Shown: positions 9,115 through 21,505, counted from the first letter of the stretch. The stretch: DNA of 64,000 nucleotides from TPA_inf: Saccharomyces (GCA_000146045.2 BK006942.2:256001-320000); one strand, 5' to 3'. The notes: a model not told the origin generated them from the letters alone. A program made the numbers and translations.

Positions 9115-11823
9115 TCACATAATACTTTCCACTTCACTTTCACTATCTGTTTCGGGAGACCTATCATCCACGGTATTGACAGTTGGTCTTTGGAAATCAG
9201 TTGCATGTGCCCAAGGAATGGATCTCGAAATGTTCTCAAACACGGAGGACCTTCTTCTGAAAGTCCCACGGTAAGCGGGCATAGGTTCGGCAAAACTGTG
9301 AGGATTATTGTCATGTGAAGGCGTGATAGGTATGTCGTTAAGTGATGAAAAGGCTTTTGAACCCAAATCACTACTATCCATAGAATCATCACCGACCTGC
9401 GCAATTGGATAAGGCAGAGGAGCGTCACCGGTAACCCTGAATAGGTGAACATTGGCAACATGTTCATTTTCGACTCTGAAGATGATCCAAACGAATCTTC
9501 TTAAAACCTCCAAAAGGGCCAATATAAACGACGTCACAGCACTCTGCTGAATTGTTTGAGGAGCAATTGCGTATACAATCCACTCAAATCTAATGAGGAT
9601 ATCCCAAATCATAGCAAAGTAATAAACTAACTTCCTACTGAATGAATAACTGCCGTTTTCCCAATTTTTTTTACCAGCTAAATACAAGTCGTCTCTTAGC
9701 AACCAATTGTAAGAAGTAGTATTGTGAGCAAAGGACCAATCCATAACTAAATCCCAGGCGGAAGTAAGGATCGAATTCAACGTAGCGCACACGATAAAAG
9801 GGGTTCTCCTTTGTTCAGAACGGTCTGACAATCTGTAAGCACAAAGTGTGGCATTATACGCTATACCCAAAGTGTATTTCGCCGCGTTCAAAAGATGAGG
9901 GAACCAATCACCGGAATCAGCAAATCTTCGTAAACATTGCATGAATCTCCAATAACTTGGTAAACATGATAAAACACCCATTGCTCTGGAATGTGAAGAG
10001 CCACATAGATTGTTGGGCGTATGAGAGTAAACACAGAAGAACATGGCAATATCGGCAATAGAATACGTCAACGAACAAATAATATCTCCCAAAAAGAAAT
10101 CACCAAACTCAACAGGGAAAAAACCAGACATCATCAGTCTAATAAGAGTAACCACCAGCCATTTTCTAGTGTGTACAACTTTGTCCCAATATGGAATTAG
10201 ACCAGAGGGACATAAAAATAAGAAAGACACAATACCAATATATAAAAAGCCTAAGGGTGTGAGCTTCTCCAAAGCGAAACTTAACATGGAACAGACCGCA
10301 CAAGGTACTATGAAGAATGTCAAGAAATACAACTTGAGCGGAATTTTACTCGTGGCAAAATCATTGTTGAAAAATTGCGTACCATTCTTGGATTGAATCT
10401 CACCCAGCATAATAAATCTATAATTAATCCCGGTTCTATGCCAGATAAAACAATTAACAAGAAAGAGAAACGCGATCAACAAAACCATGTACCAACCACC
10501 CCACAGTGGGAACAGAATCTTGTGCGTAAATGACGTTTCTTCAGAGCTAATGCCCAAATACAAAGTGTAAGTGATCAAAGTCATTGACACACCTATGCCC
10601 AGCCCGACAACCAGCATCTGCACAATCGATCTGTTGTTTCTATGAACCATTTGTTCGGAGATAGAGTACTGAATGGTCAATTTCTTCAACTTATGGGTAT
10701 TGTGCTTCCTGTCCTTAGGCGAATTGGTCAACGCAGTGGTGAACCACTCGGTGATCTGCGTTTCCAACCAAGTGATGGGCTCTTTGTCTCTTTGGGCGGA
10801 AGAGAGCTCCGAAGTGGGTGTTGGTTGCGAACTGGTTATTTGTTGCATCTTCTGTGCCACCAACTGCACGTTGGCATCCGCGTGCTTGAAAAGGGTGTAG
10901 TGGGTCCTGGCGTACGACATGAACGTGGTCAGCTCTCTTGTGTGACACGTTTTGTCGAATTTCTTGACCATTTTACGGAACCCGGTGACGTTGATATCCC
11001 GGAACGATTTGACCAATTGCAAGTACAGATAGTACTCGATTATAGCGTTGCTTAACAAGTTTCTAGCCTGGGTTGTCGTCATAGTCTCCAGAAAAGAAGC
11101 GCCAAAAGCAAACGTCTCGCGGCCTCTTGAGGACGCATCCTGTCTCAAGTCCTGTAGCAGAGAAAATCCACGTTTGGGCCACGATGGCAGCAGCCTATTG
11201 TCCTTAAGAACTTTCTGACAGTACGCTAGCAGCGACAAACGCGGCTTCTTGGCCTCTTTGGTGCAGGGCATTGACCCATACATAACAGACCGGCTATCGC
11301 TGTCGATGCTATTGACCCTGGAGTCAGAACGACCAGCAAGCCCTGCCGCATATAGACTCGTGGACATGTCAACATTCGAACTAGACCGGTTCAAGTTGTC
11401 GCGCTCATAATTCTTCTGCAGCGAGTAATAGTGCAGTTGCGACTGTAAAACCTCAAACTTCTTGTCGCACTCCTTTAGCAACCAAAGGTAAAACTCGTTA
11501 CACTTACTCAACTGGAACGAGATCAACCAGTCTTCAATGAAGTCAGCAACGAACTCCCTCTGCAAAGCAGAATAGTCCTTCTTGAACGCAGGTCCGGAGC
11601 GATAGTCTCCGTCGCTGCGACTTTTGCCGGGCTCTCTCTGCTGAAATGCAGTCTGGTATACCGACACAGAGGGCATCCAGCTCCGGTAGGAGCTGGATTG
11701 CTCTTCTTCGGCATCCAGCTTCTCCTTGTAGCGGCGAAGCTTCTTCTTGCCGACCTTATAATCAATATATTTGTCCCTCCATTCCGGGATGGCAGACTCG
11801 GTTAGATGGTCAGCAAACTTCAT
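9115..11823 (-). CDS. SYG1: SPX/EXS-domain membrane protein Syg1 (902 aa)
   Basis: ATG (cat at 11821-11823). N-terminus MKFADHLTESAIPEWRDKYIDYKVGKKKL is an SPX domain. The C-terminal half is multi-TM EXS. The 902-aa length fits YIL047C. Confidence 0.92.
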   Translation of the reverse strand: MKFADHLTESAIPEWRDKYIDYKVGKKKLRRYKEKLDAEEEQSSSYRSWMPSVSVYQTAFQQREPGKSRSDGDYRSGPAFKKDYSALQREFVADFIEDWLISFQLSKCNEFYLWLLKECDKKFEVLQSQLHYYSLQKNYERDNLNRSSSNVDMSTSLYAAGLAGRSDSRVNSIDSDSRSVMYGSMPCTKEAKKPRLSLLAYCQKVLKDNRLLPSWPKRGFSLLQDLRQDASSRGRETFAFGASFLETMTTTQARNLLSNAIIEYYLYLQLVKSFRDINVTGFRKMVKKFDKTCHTRELTTFMSYARTHYTLFKHADANVQLVAQKMQQITSSQPTPTSELSSAQRDKEPITWLETQITEWFTTALTNSPKDRKHNTHKLKKLTIQYSISEQMVHRNNRSIVQMLVVGLGIGVSMTLITYTLYLGISSEETSFTHKILFPLWGGWYMVLLIAFLFLVNCFIWHRTGINYRFIMLGEIQSKNGTQFFNNDFATSKIPLKLYFLTFFIVPCAVCSMLSFALEKLTPLGFLYIGIVSFLFLCPSGLIPYWDKVVHTRKWLVVTLIRLMMSGFFPVEFGDFFLGDIICSLTYSIADIAMFFCVYSHTPNNLCGSSHSRAMGVLSCLPSYWRFMQCLRRFADSGDWFPHLLNAAKYTLGIAYNATLCAYRLSDRSEQRRTPFIVCATLNSILTSAWDLVMDWSFAHNTTSYNWLLRDDLYLAGKKNWENGSYSFSRKLVYYFAMIWDILIRFEWIVYAIAPQTIQQSAVTSFILALLEVLRRFVWIIFRVENEHVANVHLFRVTGDAPLPYPIAQVGDDSMDSSDLGSKAFSSLNDIPITPSHDNNPHSFAEPMPAYRGTFRRRSSVFENISRSIPWAHATDFQRPTVNTVDDRSPETDSESEVESIM

Positions 11824-11870
11824 CTGATACGGTGCTATGGTAAAGCCCTTCCATTGCTGCCAACTGAATT

Positions 11871-11886
11871 AAAAAAAAAAAAAAAA
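11871..11886 (+). repeat. Poly(dA:dT) tract (A16) in the SYG1-MET30 divergent promoter
   Basis: An uninterrupted A run, the classic nucleosome-excluding promoter element in yeast. Confidence 0.8.
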
Positions 11887-12364
11887 TAACTACCAACCAT
11901 CAAATCAAACAAAACAAAACAAAAAAGCAAAGGAGAAAACCCATCTTGTACATGTACAGTCCCAAACTGTTGCGAAACCGTGCGATGATGTTCATGGAAC
12001 TTGCGTCAAATAAAACCGCATCCCGTCCCACGTGACAAACGGCACCCAAAATCCGTTCTAGAAATGCCTCACACCCACACCGATGATGGGCTTCCGACTC
12101 GATGACTACCAACACATAGCCAGCCGCAGCGGCTGGCAGCATGTGCATGATAATGATAAGTGATGATGAATGATGGTGATAACGATTTTGAACAAATGGC
12201 TGCAGCGATAGCAACTAAGGGGATGGAAAGACAGATCTGGGAGAGATAACTGCAGGGTGTGGCACGGCAACACAAGGCTATTGTATTGCACTAAACGGGC
12301 AAGAAGCCATGATGTGCGTCTGTATCCCAAAAAAAAAACTAATGGATTGGCGCGTGTACTATAT

Positions 12365-12450
12365 ATATTCATATGTCGTGTGTTTGTATATGTGTGGGAG
12401 TGATTGTGCGTGTATATGTGTGTTGGCGTGTGTGGTACAATGTGTGTGTT
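12365..12450 (+). repeat. Irregular TG-rich tract (TG1-3-like, ...GTGTGGGAGTG...GTGTGTTGGCGTGTGTGG...)
   Basis: About 85 bp of almost pure T/G on the plus strand, 200-290 bp upstream of the MET30 ATG. Confidence 0.7.
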
Positions 12451-12472
12451 TTAATGTAGAAATGAGGTTGTA

Positions 12473-12496
12473 GCACGTGATCGGGAAGCCACAGTT
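12473..12496 (-). promoter_or_regulatory. Cbf1 site (ATCACGTG, 12473-12480 on the minus strand) plus Met31/Met32 site (AAACTGTGG, revcomp of ccacagttt 12488-12496): the Met4-dependent sulfur-regulon UAS
   Basis: Exact matches to both consensus elements, 9 bp apart and about 155 bp upstream of the MET30 ATG. This architecture is canonical for MET genes, and MET30 is a known Met4 target. Confidence 0.75.
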
Positions 12497-12650
12497 TGCG
12501 CGGAGATATTTTATTTTTTTTCATCAGCGTAAGAAGAAAGCAACCTTGCAGTCTGTATCGTAAGAGAAGACTGCAGTTAAAGAAGTTTAGAGAAGAGGCT
12601 TGAGTATCGGTAAAGGGGTGTGTGTTTGGTGATTTATAAAGGAGAAGGGC

Positions 12651-14573
12651 ATGAGGAGAGAGAGGCAAAGGATGATGAGTTTCGAGGACAAGGACAAGGA
12701 CGACCTTGACAATAGTAATAGTAATAACAGCAGTGAAATGACAGATACGGCGATGATGCCACCATTAAAGAGATTGCTTATTACGGGCAGTAGCGATGAT
12801 TTGGCACAAGGATCATCGGGTAAGAAGAAGATGACGATGGCGACGAGGTCGCCATCGTCATCACCCGATTTGGCGACAAACGACAGCGGCACTAGGGTAC
12901 AGCCATTGCCAGAATATAACTTCACCAAGTTCTGCTATCGGCATAACCCGGACATTCAGTTCTCACCAACTCATACAGCGTGCTACAAGCAGGATTTGAA
13001 ACGAACGCAAGAGATTAATGCTAATATCGCGAAGCTACCCCTGCAGGAGCAATCCGACATCCACCACATTATCTCGAAGTACAGCAATTCCAATGACAAG
13101 ATACGGAAGCTGATTCTGGATGGGATCCTATCGACGAGTTGCTTCCCACAGCTTTCCTACATTTCGTCACTCGTTACACACATGATCAAGATCGACTTCA
13201 TCAGCATTCTGCCGCAGGAGCTGTCGCTGAAGATCTTGAGTTATCTGGATTGCCAATCTCTTTGCAACGCCACGAGAGTGTGCCGCAAGTGGCAGAAGCT
13301 CGCGGATGACGACAGGGTATGGTACCACATGTGCGAGCAGCACATAGACAGGAAATGTCCCAACTGTGGCTGGGGGCTGCCTCTTTTGCACATGAAACGT
13401 GCGCGGATACAACAGAATAGTACAGGATCTAGCAGCAACGCAGATATCCAGACGCAAACTACGCGACCTTGGAAAGTCATCTACAGAGAACGGTTCAAAG
13501 TGGAGTCAAACTGGAGAAAGGGCCACTGCAGGATTCAGGAATTCAAGGGCCACATGGATGGTGTGTTAACGCTCCAGTTTAACTACAGGCTTTTGTTCAC
13601 AGGCTCGTACGACTCCACCATAGGTATATGGGACTTATTCACGGGGAAGCTAATACGAAGGCTCAGCGGCCATTCGGACGGCGTCAAGACATTATATTTT
13701 GACGATAGAAAGCTGATTACGGGCTCGCTCGACAAGACGATCCGTGTTTGGAACTACATAACCGGTGAATGCATTTCCACGTATCGAGGCCACTCGGATA
13801 GCGTTCTGAGCGTAGATTCATACCAGAAGGTTATCGTTTCCGGCAGTGCTGACAAGACGGTCAAGGTATGGCACGTGGAGTCCAGGACATGCTACACCTT
13901 GAGAGGCCACACGGAATGGGTTAATTGCGTCAAATTGCATCCGAAAAGCTTTTCATGTTTTAGTTGCAGTGACGATACCACAATCCGAATGTGGGATATC
14001 AGGACCAATTCATGCCTAAAAGTGTTCAGGGGTCATGTAGGGCAGGTGCAAAAGATCATACCGCTTACCATTAAGGATGTAGAGAATCTAGCCACCGACA
14101 ACACTTCTGATGGCAGCTCTCCGCAGGATGACCCAACAATGACTGATGGTGCAGACGAATCAGACACACCGTCGAACGAGCAAGAAACTGTCTTAGATGA
14201 AAACATACCTTATCCAACACATCTACTATCTTGCGGACTGGATAACACAATCAAACTATGGGACGTCAAAACCGGTAAATGCATAAGAACACAGTTTGGG
14301 CACGTGGAAGGTGTTTGGGACATCGCCGCTGACAACTTCAGAATTATAAGTGGTTCTCACGACGGAAGCATTAAGGTCTGGGACTTGCAAAGCGGGAAGT
14401 GTATGCACACGTTCAACGGTCGAAGACTACAAAGAGAAACTCAGCACACACAAACACAATCCTTGGGTGATAAAGTCGCCCCTATCGCTTGTGTTTGTAT
14501 TGGAGATTCAGAATGCTTTAGTGGTGATGAATTTGGGTGCGTAAAAATGTACAAATTCGATCTCAATGATTAG
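12651..14573 (+). CDS. MET30: F-box/WD40 protein Met30 (SCF-Met30 substrate adaptor), 640 aa
   Basis: ATG at 12651. F-box (...LPQELSLKILSYLDCQSLCNATRVCRKWQKL...) followed by WD40 repeats (GH...WD motifs). The 640-aa length fits YIL046W. Confidence 0.93.
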   Translation: MRRERQRMMSFEDKDKDDLDNSNSNNSSEMTDTAMMPPLKRLLITGSSDDLAQGSSGKKKMTMATRSPSSSPDLATNDSGTRVQPLPEYNFTKFCYRHNPDIQFSPTHTACYKQDLKRTQEINANIAKLPLQEQSDIHHIISKYSNSNDKIRKLILDGILSTSCFPQLSYISSLVTHMIKIDFISILPQELSLKILSYLDCQSLCNATRVCRKWQKLADDDRVWYHMCEQHIDRKCPNCGWGLPLLHMKRARIQQNSTGSSSNADIQTQTTRPWKVIYRERFKVESNWRKGHCRIQEFKGHMDGVLTLQFNYRLLFTGSYDSTIGIWDLFTGKLIRRLSGHSDGVKTLYFDDRKLITGSLDKTIRVWNYITGECISTYRGHSDSVLSVDSYQKVIVSGSADKTVKVWHVESRTCYTLRGHTEWVNCVKLHPKSFSCFSCSDDTTIRMWDIRTNSCLKVFRGHVGQVQKIIPLTIKDVENLATDNTSDGSSPQDDPTMTDGADESDTPSNEQETVLDENIPYPTHLLSCGLDNTIKLWDVKTGKCIRTQFGHVEGVWDIAADNFRIISGSHDGSIKVWDLQSGKCMHTFNGRRLQRETQHTQTQSLGDKVAPIACVCIGDSECFSGDEFGCVKMYKFDLND

Positions 14574-15160
14574 GACCTGTGTGTGGTCTTTTCTTGGTCA
14601 AAAACATCCGTAGTACCTCGAATATATATGCTTACATATATAATGAAAAATACATAATAGCATTTTACATTTATTTTATTTCCAGGAAAAAAATAAATCG
14701 CTAGCGTATCACTAGCCTTTTCCATCTTCAGTTTTTTTCCTTCCTCTTTTTCGTCTCGATAAAACTCTTGACCATTAGATGCTATTACTCCCCCACGGAG
14801 CCCTTCCCACGCTAAGGGGGATGTCAAGGGGGGGACTGAAGATAAAGCTTATTATATTGACGGCGATGATGAAGAGGGCGTACGCATAAAATGTCGTACA
14901 AGATCCATAATCTGCAATATTGTTCCCTCAACAGTACTAATAAATCCAAAGGGCGAAGGTACTTTATTATATAAACGCGCACGGCCATTGTATATAAAGG
15001 CGATTACATAATAGAATACTTATCGATTCCGTAATCCTTGAAATATAGAATATACATAAAATAGACAAGAACCCAACAGTTGAGGCGCCAGCTTTGGTAA
15101 TAGCTTAATAATAAATAAAAAAAGATAATATAGCTAGCTAGTATTATTGCTTTTATCCGT

Positions 15161-16777
15161 ATGGCCACCACCACGCAACCACAAAATATACTGATGGATG
15201 AACCTTTAAATCTTCCTAATAACAGTGCCCACAACAATAACTATGGAAACATAAATGCGAATATAAGAACTTTTGCTGGTATGAGCATGCACATGCACCC
15301 TGCCAGGCTGAACTCTCTGGAGTTTTTGCACAAGCCCAGGAGACTATCTAATGTAAAACTGCACAGATTACCTCAGGACGAGCTTCAAAGAAATACGGAC
15401 ATGAATAAGGGAATGTATTTTAATGGGAAACAAGTTCATGCCCATCACCCGTTTATAAATTCTGGAGCGAACTTTAACGCACATCATCAAGACGTCAGTA
15501 AATTAGGCGAGGAGGAAGACGAAATCTCTCCTCTATCACATGATAATTTCCAGTATGAATCCGAGGAAAATGGTAATCCTTCACCTCCCATTTACAAGAA
15601 ATCTGGAGAACTGGTTAAGAGTTCATTAAAAAGAAGATCCAAGTCCCTACCCATTACTCCCAAATCTATATTCAACAAAACTGGCTCTAAGAGTAAACAT
15701 GTCAATTTAGATCATGTAGATACTAGGCTATTGCAAAGAAGTAAAAGTGTCCATTTCGATCGTGTTTTACCAATAAAGCTGTTCAATGAAAATGAGAAAC
15801 CCATAGATGTTGGCAAACAAATGGTTCAACAAGATGTTCTGAATTTCAAGCATAAGCCTTTGACGAGACTAAGTGCCCTTAATGGCGGTAGTGATAGCGT
15901 ACCTATAGAAGATTTACTATCTGAAAACAACCAAAACGAATATGGAGATACATGGCTACAAAACCCGAAGGGTGTATTCCTATTTGGTACAAATTCTAAT
16001 AATCGTAGAAATAAAAAAAAGAAGTTTAAACTAAGTGACGATGACAGTGATATTGAAAATGACAATGATAGTGACGACGCTATAAACCGTTTAGTAAGGC
16101 AACAAGACAAAGACCAAGCTCATCTTGCGCACGGGTTGAAGAATTTGTTAATAAACGATGACGACGATTATTTAGAAACAAGAACAAATTCTGCTAAATC
16201 AGGAGCCAACTTGTTTATTGGAAACTCTAAAAGAATTGTTGGTCTTTACAACAAGAACTTTCCAATATTAAGTGACAGGAACCGTAAGAGTTTAAAACTT
16301 AACATATTTCTGAATCTTTCCCGTGGAAGGCCCGTTTTTTTGCAAGAAATTACGCTACTAACTGGCTTCCACAACATGGTTATAATTGGCAAAGTCTTTG
16401 TGAAAAACATATACTTTGATAAGAAGATTATCGTAAGATATACATGGGATGCATGGAGAACTTTTCATGAATCAGAATGCGTGTATTTTTCTAATGCCAA
16501 TGGCATCTTACCAGGAAGCAATATGGATATTTTTAAGTTCTCCATTGATGATATACACAATCCAAATGATAAAGATAGCAATATATCACAATTGGAGTTT
16601 TGTATTCAATACTTAACTTGGGGCGTTGATCGTTCTAGGAAGGAATATTGGGACAATAATGATTCGGCAAACTATAAAATTGACGTGGTAACGAATGAAA
16701 CGAGGACAGGGCCCACAACAGACGTCAATGATAACTACGAGATGAAACATAGTCTTTTCAGAAACCCATTCCATTAA
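15161..16777 (+). CDS. PIG2: PP1 (Glc7) glycogen-targeting regulatory subunit Pig2 (538 aa), CBM21 domain
   Basis: ATG at 15161. The 538-aa length matches. The C-terminal CBM21-type starch/glycogen-binding region (...KVFVKNIYFDKKIIVRYTWDAWRTFHE...) is present. Position matches YIL045W. Confidence 0.88.
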   Translation: MATTTQPQNILMDEPLNLPNNSAHNNNYGNINANIRTFAGMSMHMHPARLNSLEFLHKPRRLSNVKLHRLPQDELQRNTDMNKGMYFNGKQVHAHHPFINSGANFNAHHQDVSKLGEEEDEISPLSHDNFQYESEENGNPSPPIYKKSGELVKSSLKRRSKSLPITPKSIFNKTGSKSKHVNLDHVDTRLLQRSKSVHFDRVLPIKLFNENEKPIDVGKQMVQQDVLNFKHKPLTRLSALNGGSDSVPIEDLLSENNQNEYGDTWLQNPKGVFLFGTNSNNRRNKKKKFKLSDDDSDIENDNDSDDAINRLVRQQDKDQAHLAHGLKNLLINDDDDYLETRTNSAKSGANLFIGNSKRIVGLYNKNFPILSDRNRKSLKLNIFLNLSRGRPVFLQEITLLTGFHNMVIIGKVFVKNIYFDKKIIVRYTWDAWRTFHESECVYFSNANGILPGSNMDIFKFSIDDIHNPNDKDSNISQLEFCIQYLTWGVDRSRKEYWDNNDSANYKIDVVTNETRTGPTTDVNDNYEMKHSLFRNPFH

Positions 16778-16949
16778 AGAAAAAAACAAAAACTAATAGT
16801 ATTGTTTTACATATACAAAAGAAAAAAAAAAGATAAGAATACGTACTTTCTATTTTTATTTGAAGGTCATTTTCTTTATATAAAATAATATACTGGAATG
16901 ATGTTCTTTTTGTTGCTTTCTATATTTGCTTTCTTTTTTTACTTTTTAT

Positions 16950-17846
16950 TCAACTCCAGACGTTCTTAAATAACTCGTTATCATCCAATGAAATGTTAGA
17001 ACTGGAATTTGAATTCATACTATTATTATTTGTAGCGGTAATTCCAGTGTTCACGAATGGTGACGGAGTATTACAAGGCTGAGGTGTCGTGGAAGTGAAA
17101 AATGAGTTCTGGCTTTGAGTCTGGGCAGAAGGTTTTGAGTATAAAGATAAAATGGATTTTTTCAAATCGTTCCTTTGCCCAAATTCACCGACTCTGTTGC
17201 CAGTCTTGGTATTAGCAGCACCTATGCTTGTTGCAGAACTAGTTACACTTGTATTAGATGTAGTCTTAGAAAGCGATGAAACCTGTAGGTTTAATAAGCT
17301 CGTATTACTCCTTGAGGTGCTTAATAAGTGGGAAGGTGGTTGTGTTTGCGTCTTTTGTAATGAATTTGAGCTCTGGTCCAATCTTGCATTCGAAGCAGGC
17401 AACGAATGATTCGCAGACGGCTTATGCAGAACTGGTTCAGTAGAATCATTTAACCCTTCAATACTGGAGAGGTCACCAATCCACTTCTTATATTCATATT
17501 TATTCTTGATGAAATTTTGTAAACTGCTCGTATCAGTGATTTTCCTCTGTTTCAATTCATCAGCCAAAGTAGCTTCGTAGTATGAGTTAGCTCTTAAATT
17601 GTTTTTGAACTGTATCAGTTTCACCAAATGTTCTTCCTTCCATGTATCCAGATCAACAGATTTCACTTTCGAAATGTGCGTTCCCAATGATCTATGTATA
17701 CCAGCACATTTAATGCAAATGAAAACACCAAGTGACCAGGAAGCCCAGCGTGGATGTAGTTGCGCCTTACAGTCGGCACAATGACTGTTTCCTGGATCGC
17801 GTAAAAGAGCACTTAATGCCTTCTTGACTGGGACTGACGTCGACAT
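16950..17846 (-). CDS. AGE2: ADP-ribosylation factor GTPase-activating protein Age2 (298 aa)
   Basis: ArfGAP C4 zinc finger CADCKAQLHPRWASWSLGVFICIKCAGIHRSLG. The track ORF is extended upstream to a non-ATG start. The first ATG (cat at 17844-17846) gives the 298-aa MSTSVPVKKALSALL... Confidence 0.9.
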   Translation of the reverse strand: MSTSVPVKKALSALLRDPGNSHCADCKAQLHPRWASWSLGVFICIKCAGIHRSLGTHISKVKSVDLDTWKEEHLVKLIQFKNNLRANSYYEATLADELKQRKITDTSSLQNFIKNKYEYKKWIGDLSSIEGLNDSTEPVLHKPSANHSLPASNARLDQSSNSLQKTQTQPPSHLLSTSRSNTSLLNLQVSSLSKTTSNTSVTSSATSIGAANTKTGNRVGEFGQRNDLKKSILSLYSKPSAQTQSQNSFFTSTTPQPCNTPSPFVNTGITATNNNSMNSNSSSNISLDDNELFKNVWS

Positions 17847-18071
17847 CGCTTGTAAATTGCCCCACGTTCTATGCTCCTTTGTACAGTTGAAGCAAGTATT
17901 ACCTTTACTTTTGTTACTATTAGTACCGATCTTATACGTATTATCGAGTCGAAAATCGTCCAGCACGAAATATGGAAACGGTGCGTTTAGGTGACTAAAC
18001 TAAATAGCGTATATATTATATATGTTCCAATCTATATATATATATATGGCACTCTGTTACAGTTCCTTATC

Positions 18072-20292
<2,221 letters not shown>

Positions 20293-20524
20293 ACTACCGT
20301 GAAGGCGTCTTGATACCACGTCTTCCAGTTATGGTCTTGACTCACCAATGTTCTCAGTTTAATGTTGTTTGCTTCATACTGGCAGACATTTTCCCTTATT
20401 ACCGTGAGAAGCGAGCGGTGGATTAATCGGGATGTCAAAAACAAGAAAATTGCAACCTTCTTCACCTATAACCTATATGATTTGTAGGCAGAGGAGTGGA
20501 ATAAGCAACAAATCATAGTCATCA

Positions 20525-21505
20525 ATGTCGTTTAATGCCTTCGCCAGCTCTTTGAGCAAGAAATTACAGGAAATATCCACAAGTGTTTCCGAAAAAACCC
20601 AGGAATTGCCCAGTTTGGCGCAATCCACCCAAAGAATGGTCCAGGAACGTTTGGGCCAGGTGACGGACATCTCCCAATTGCCAAGAGAGTACACAGAGCT
20701 GGAAGATAAGGTTGACACCATCAAACTGATTTACAACCACTTCTTGGGTGTAACTGCTATCTACGAAAACGGATCGTACGATTACCCTAAATACATCAAC
20801 GAATCCGTCAACGAGTTTTCAAGAAGCGTGGCTTCCAAGTTGACAGAGTTGACTCATGCTACATCTGCGTCTGAGGCACAAAACATCTTAGTTGCTCCAG
20901 GCCCCATCAAAGAACCCAAGACGTTGAACTACGCCCTCAGTAAAGTGGCTTTGAACTCCAGTGAATGTTTGAACAAGATGTTCCCCACCGAGGAACAACC
21001 CTTGGCTTCGGCACTCTTGCAATTCAGTGATGTGCAGGCTAAGATTGCTCAAGCTAGAATTCAACAAGATACCTTGATTCAAACCAAATTCAATAAAAAT
21101 TTGAGGGAAAGGCTCTCTTTTGAGATCGGTAAGGCCGATAAGTGCCGCAAGGATGTCCATTCCATGAGATTAAGATATGACGTGGCAAGAACTAACTTGG
21201 CAAACAACAAGAAGCCAGAAAAGGAAGCTTCCTTGAGAGTCCAAATGGAGACTTTGGAAGACCAGTTTGCTCAAGTCACTGAAGACGCTACTGTGTGCTT
21301 GCAGGAGGTTATTTCTCACGCTAACTTCAGTGAAGATTTGAAGGAATTGGCCAAGGCTCAAGCTGAGTATTTTGAAACCTCGGCTGGCCTAATGAAAGAG
21401 TTCCTATCCAACTCATTTGCGGAAGAGCCGGAAGCAAAGCCTGAGGTTGCAGAAGAAGAAAAGCCACAGACAGCTATCTCTATGAATGACGAAGACGACG
21501 CTTAA
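20525..21505 (+). CDS. GVP36: BAR-domain Golgi vesicle protein Gvp36 (326 aa)
   Basis: ATG at 20525. The 326-aa length matches. The sequence is coiled-coil/BAR-like. Position matches YIL041W. Confidence 0.88.
   Translation: MSFNAFASSLSKKLQEISTSVSEKTQELPSLAQSTQRMVQERLGQVTDISQLPREYTELEDKVDTIKLIYNHFLGVTAIYENGSYDYPKYINESVNEFSRSVASKLTELTHATSASEAQNILVAPGPIKEPKTLNYALSKVALNSSECLNKMFPTEEQPLASALLQFSDVQAKIAQARIQQDTLIQTKFNKNLRERLSFEIGKADKCRKDVHSMRLRYDVARTNLANNKKPEKEASLRVQMETLEDQFAQVTEDATVCLQEVISHANFSEDLKELAKAQAEYFETSAGLMKEFLSNSFAEEPEAKPEVAEEEKPQTAISMNDEDDA

Noticed and set aside
10642-11055. Cluster of overlapping 75-137-codon ORFs on both strands inside SYG1 (also 10673-10900, 10715-10948, 11523-11765, 11646-11843) and inside MET30 (13167-13480)
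   Set aside because: They are all internal or antisense to a strongly supported gene. Several begin at non-ATG codons. Their clustering coincides with locally GC-rich sequence, where long stop-free frames arise by chance.
14800-14832. G-runs (gctaaGGGGGatgtcaaGGGGGGGactg) as a G-quadruplex
   Set aside because: There are only two G-runs. A canonical G4 needs four.
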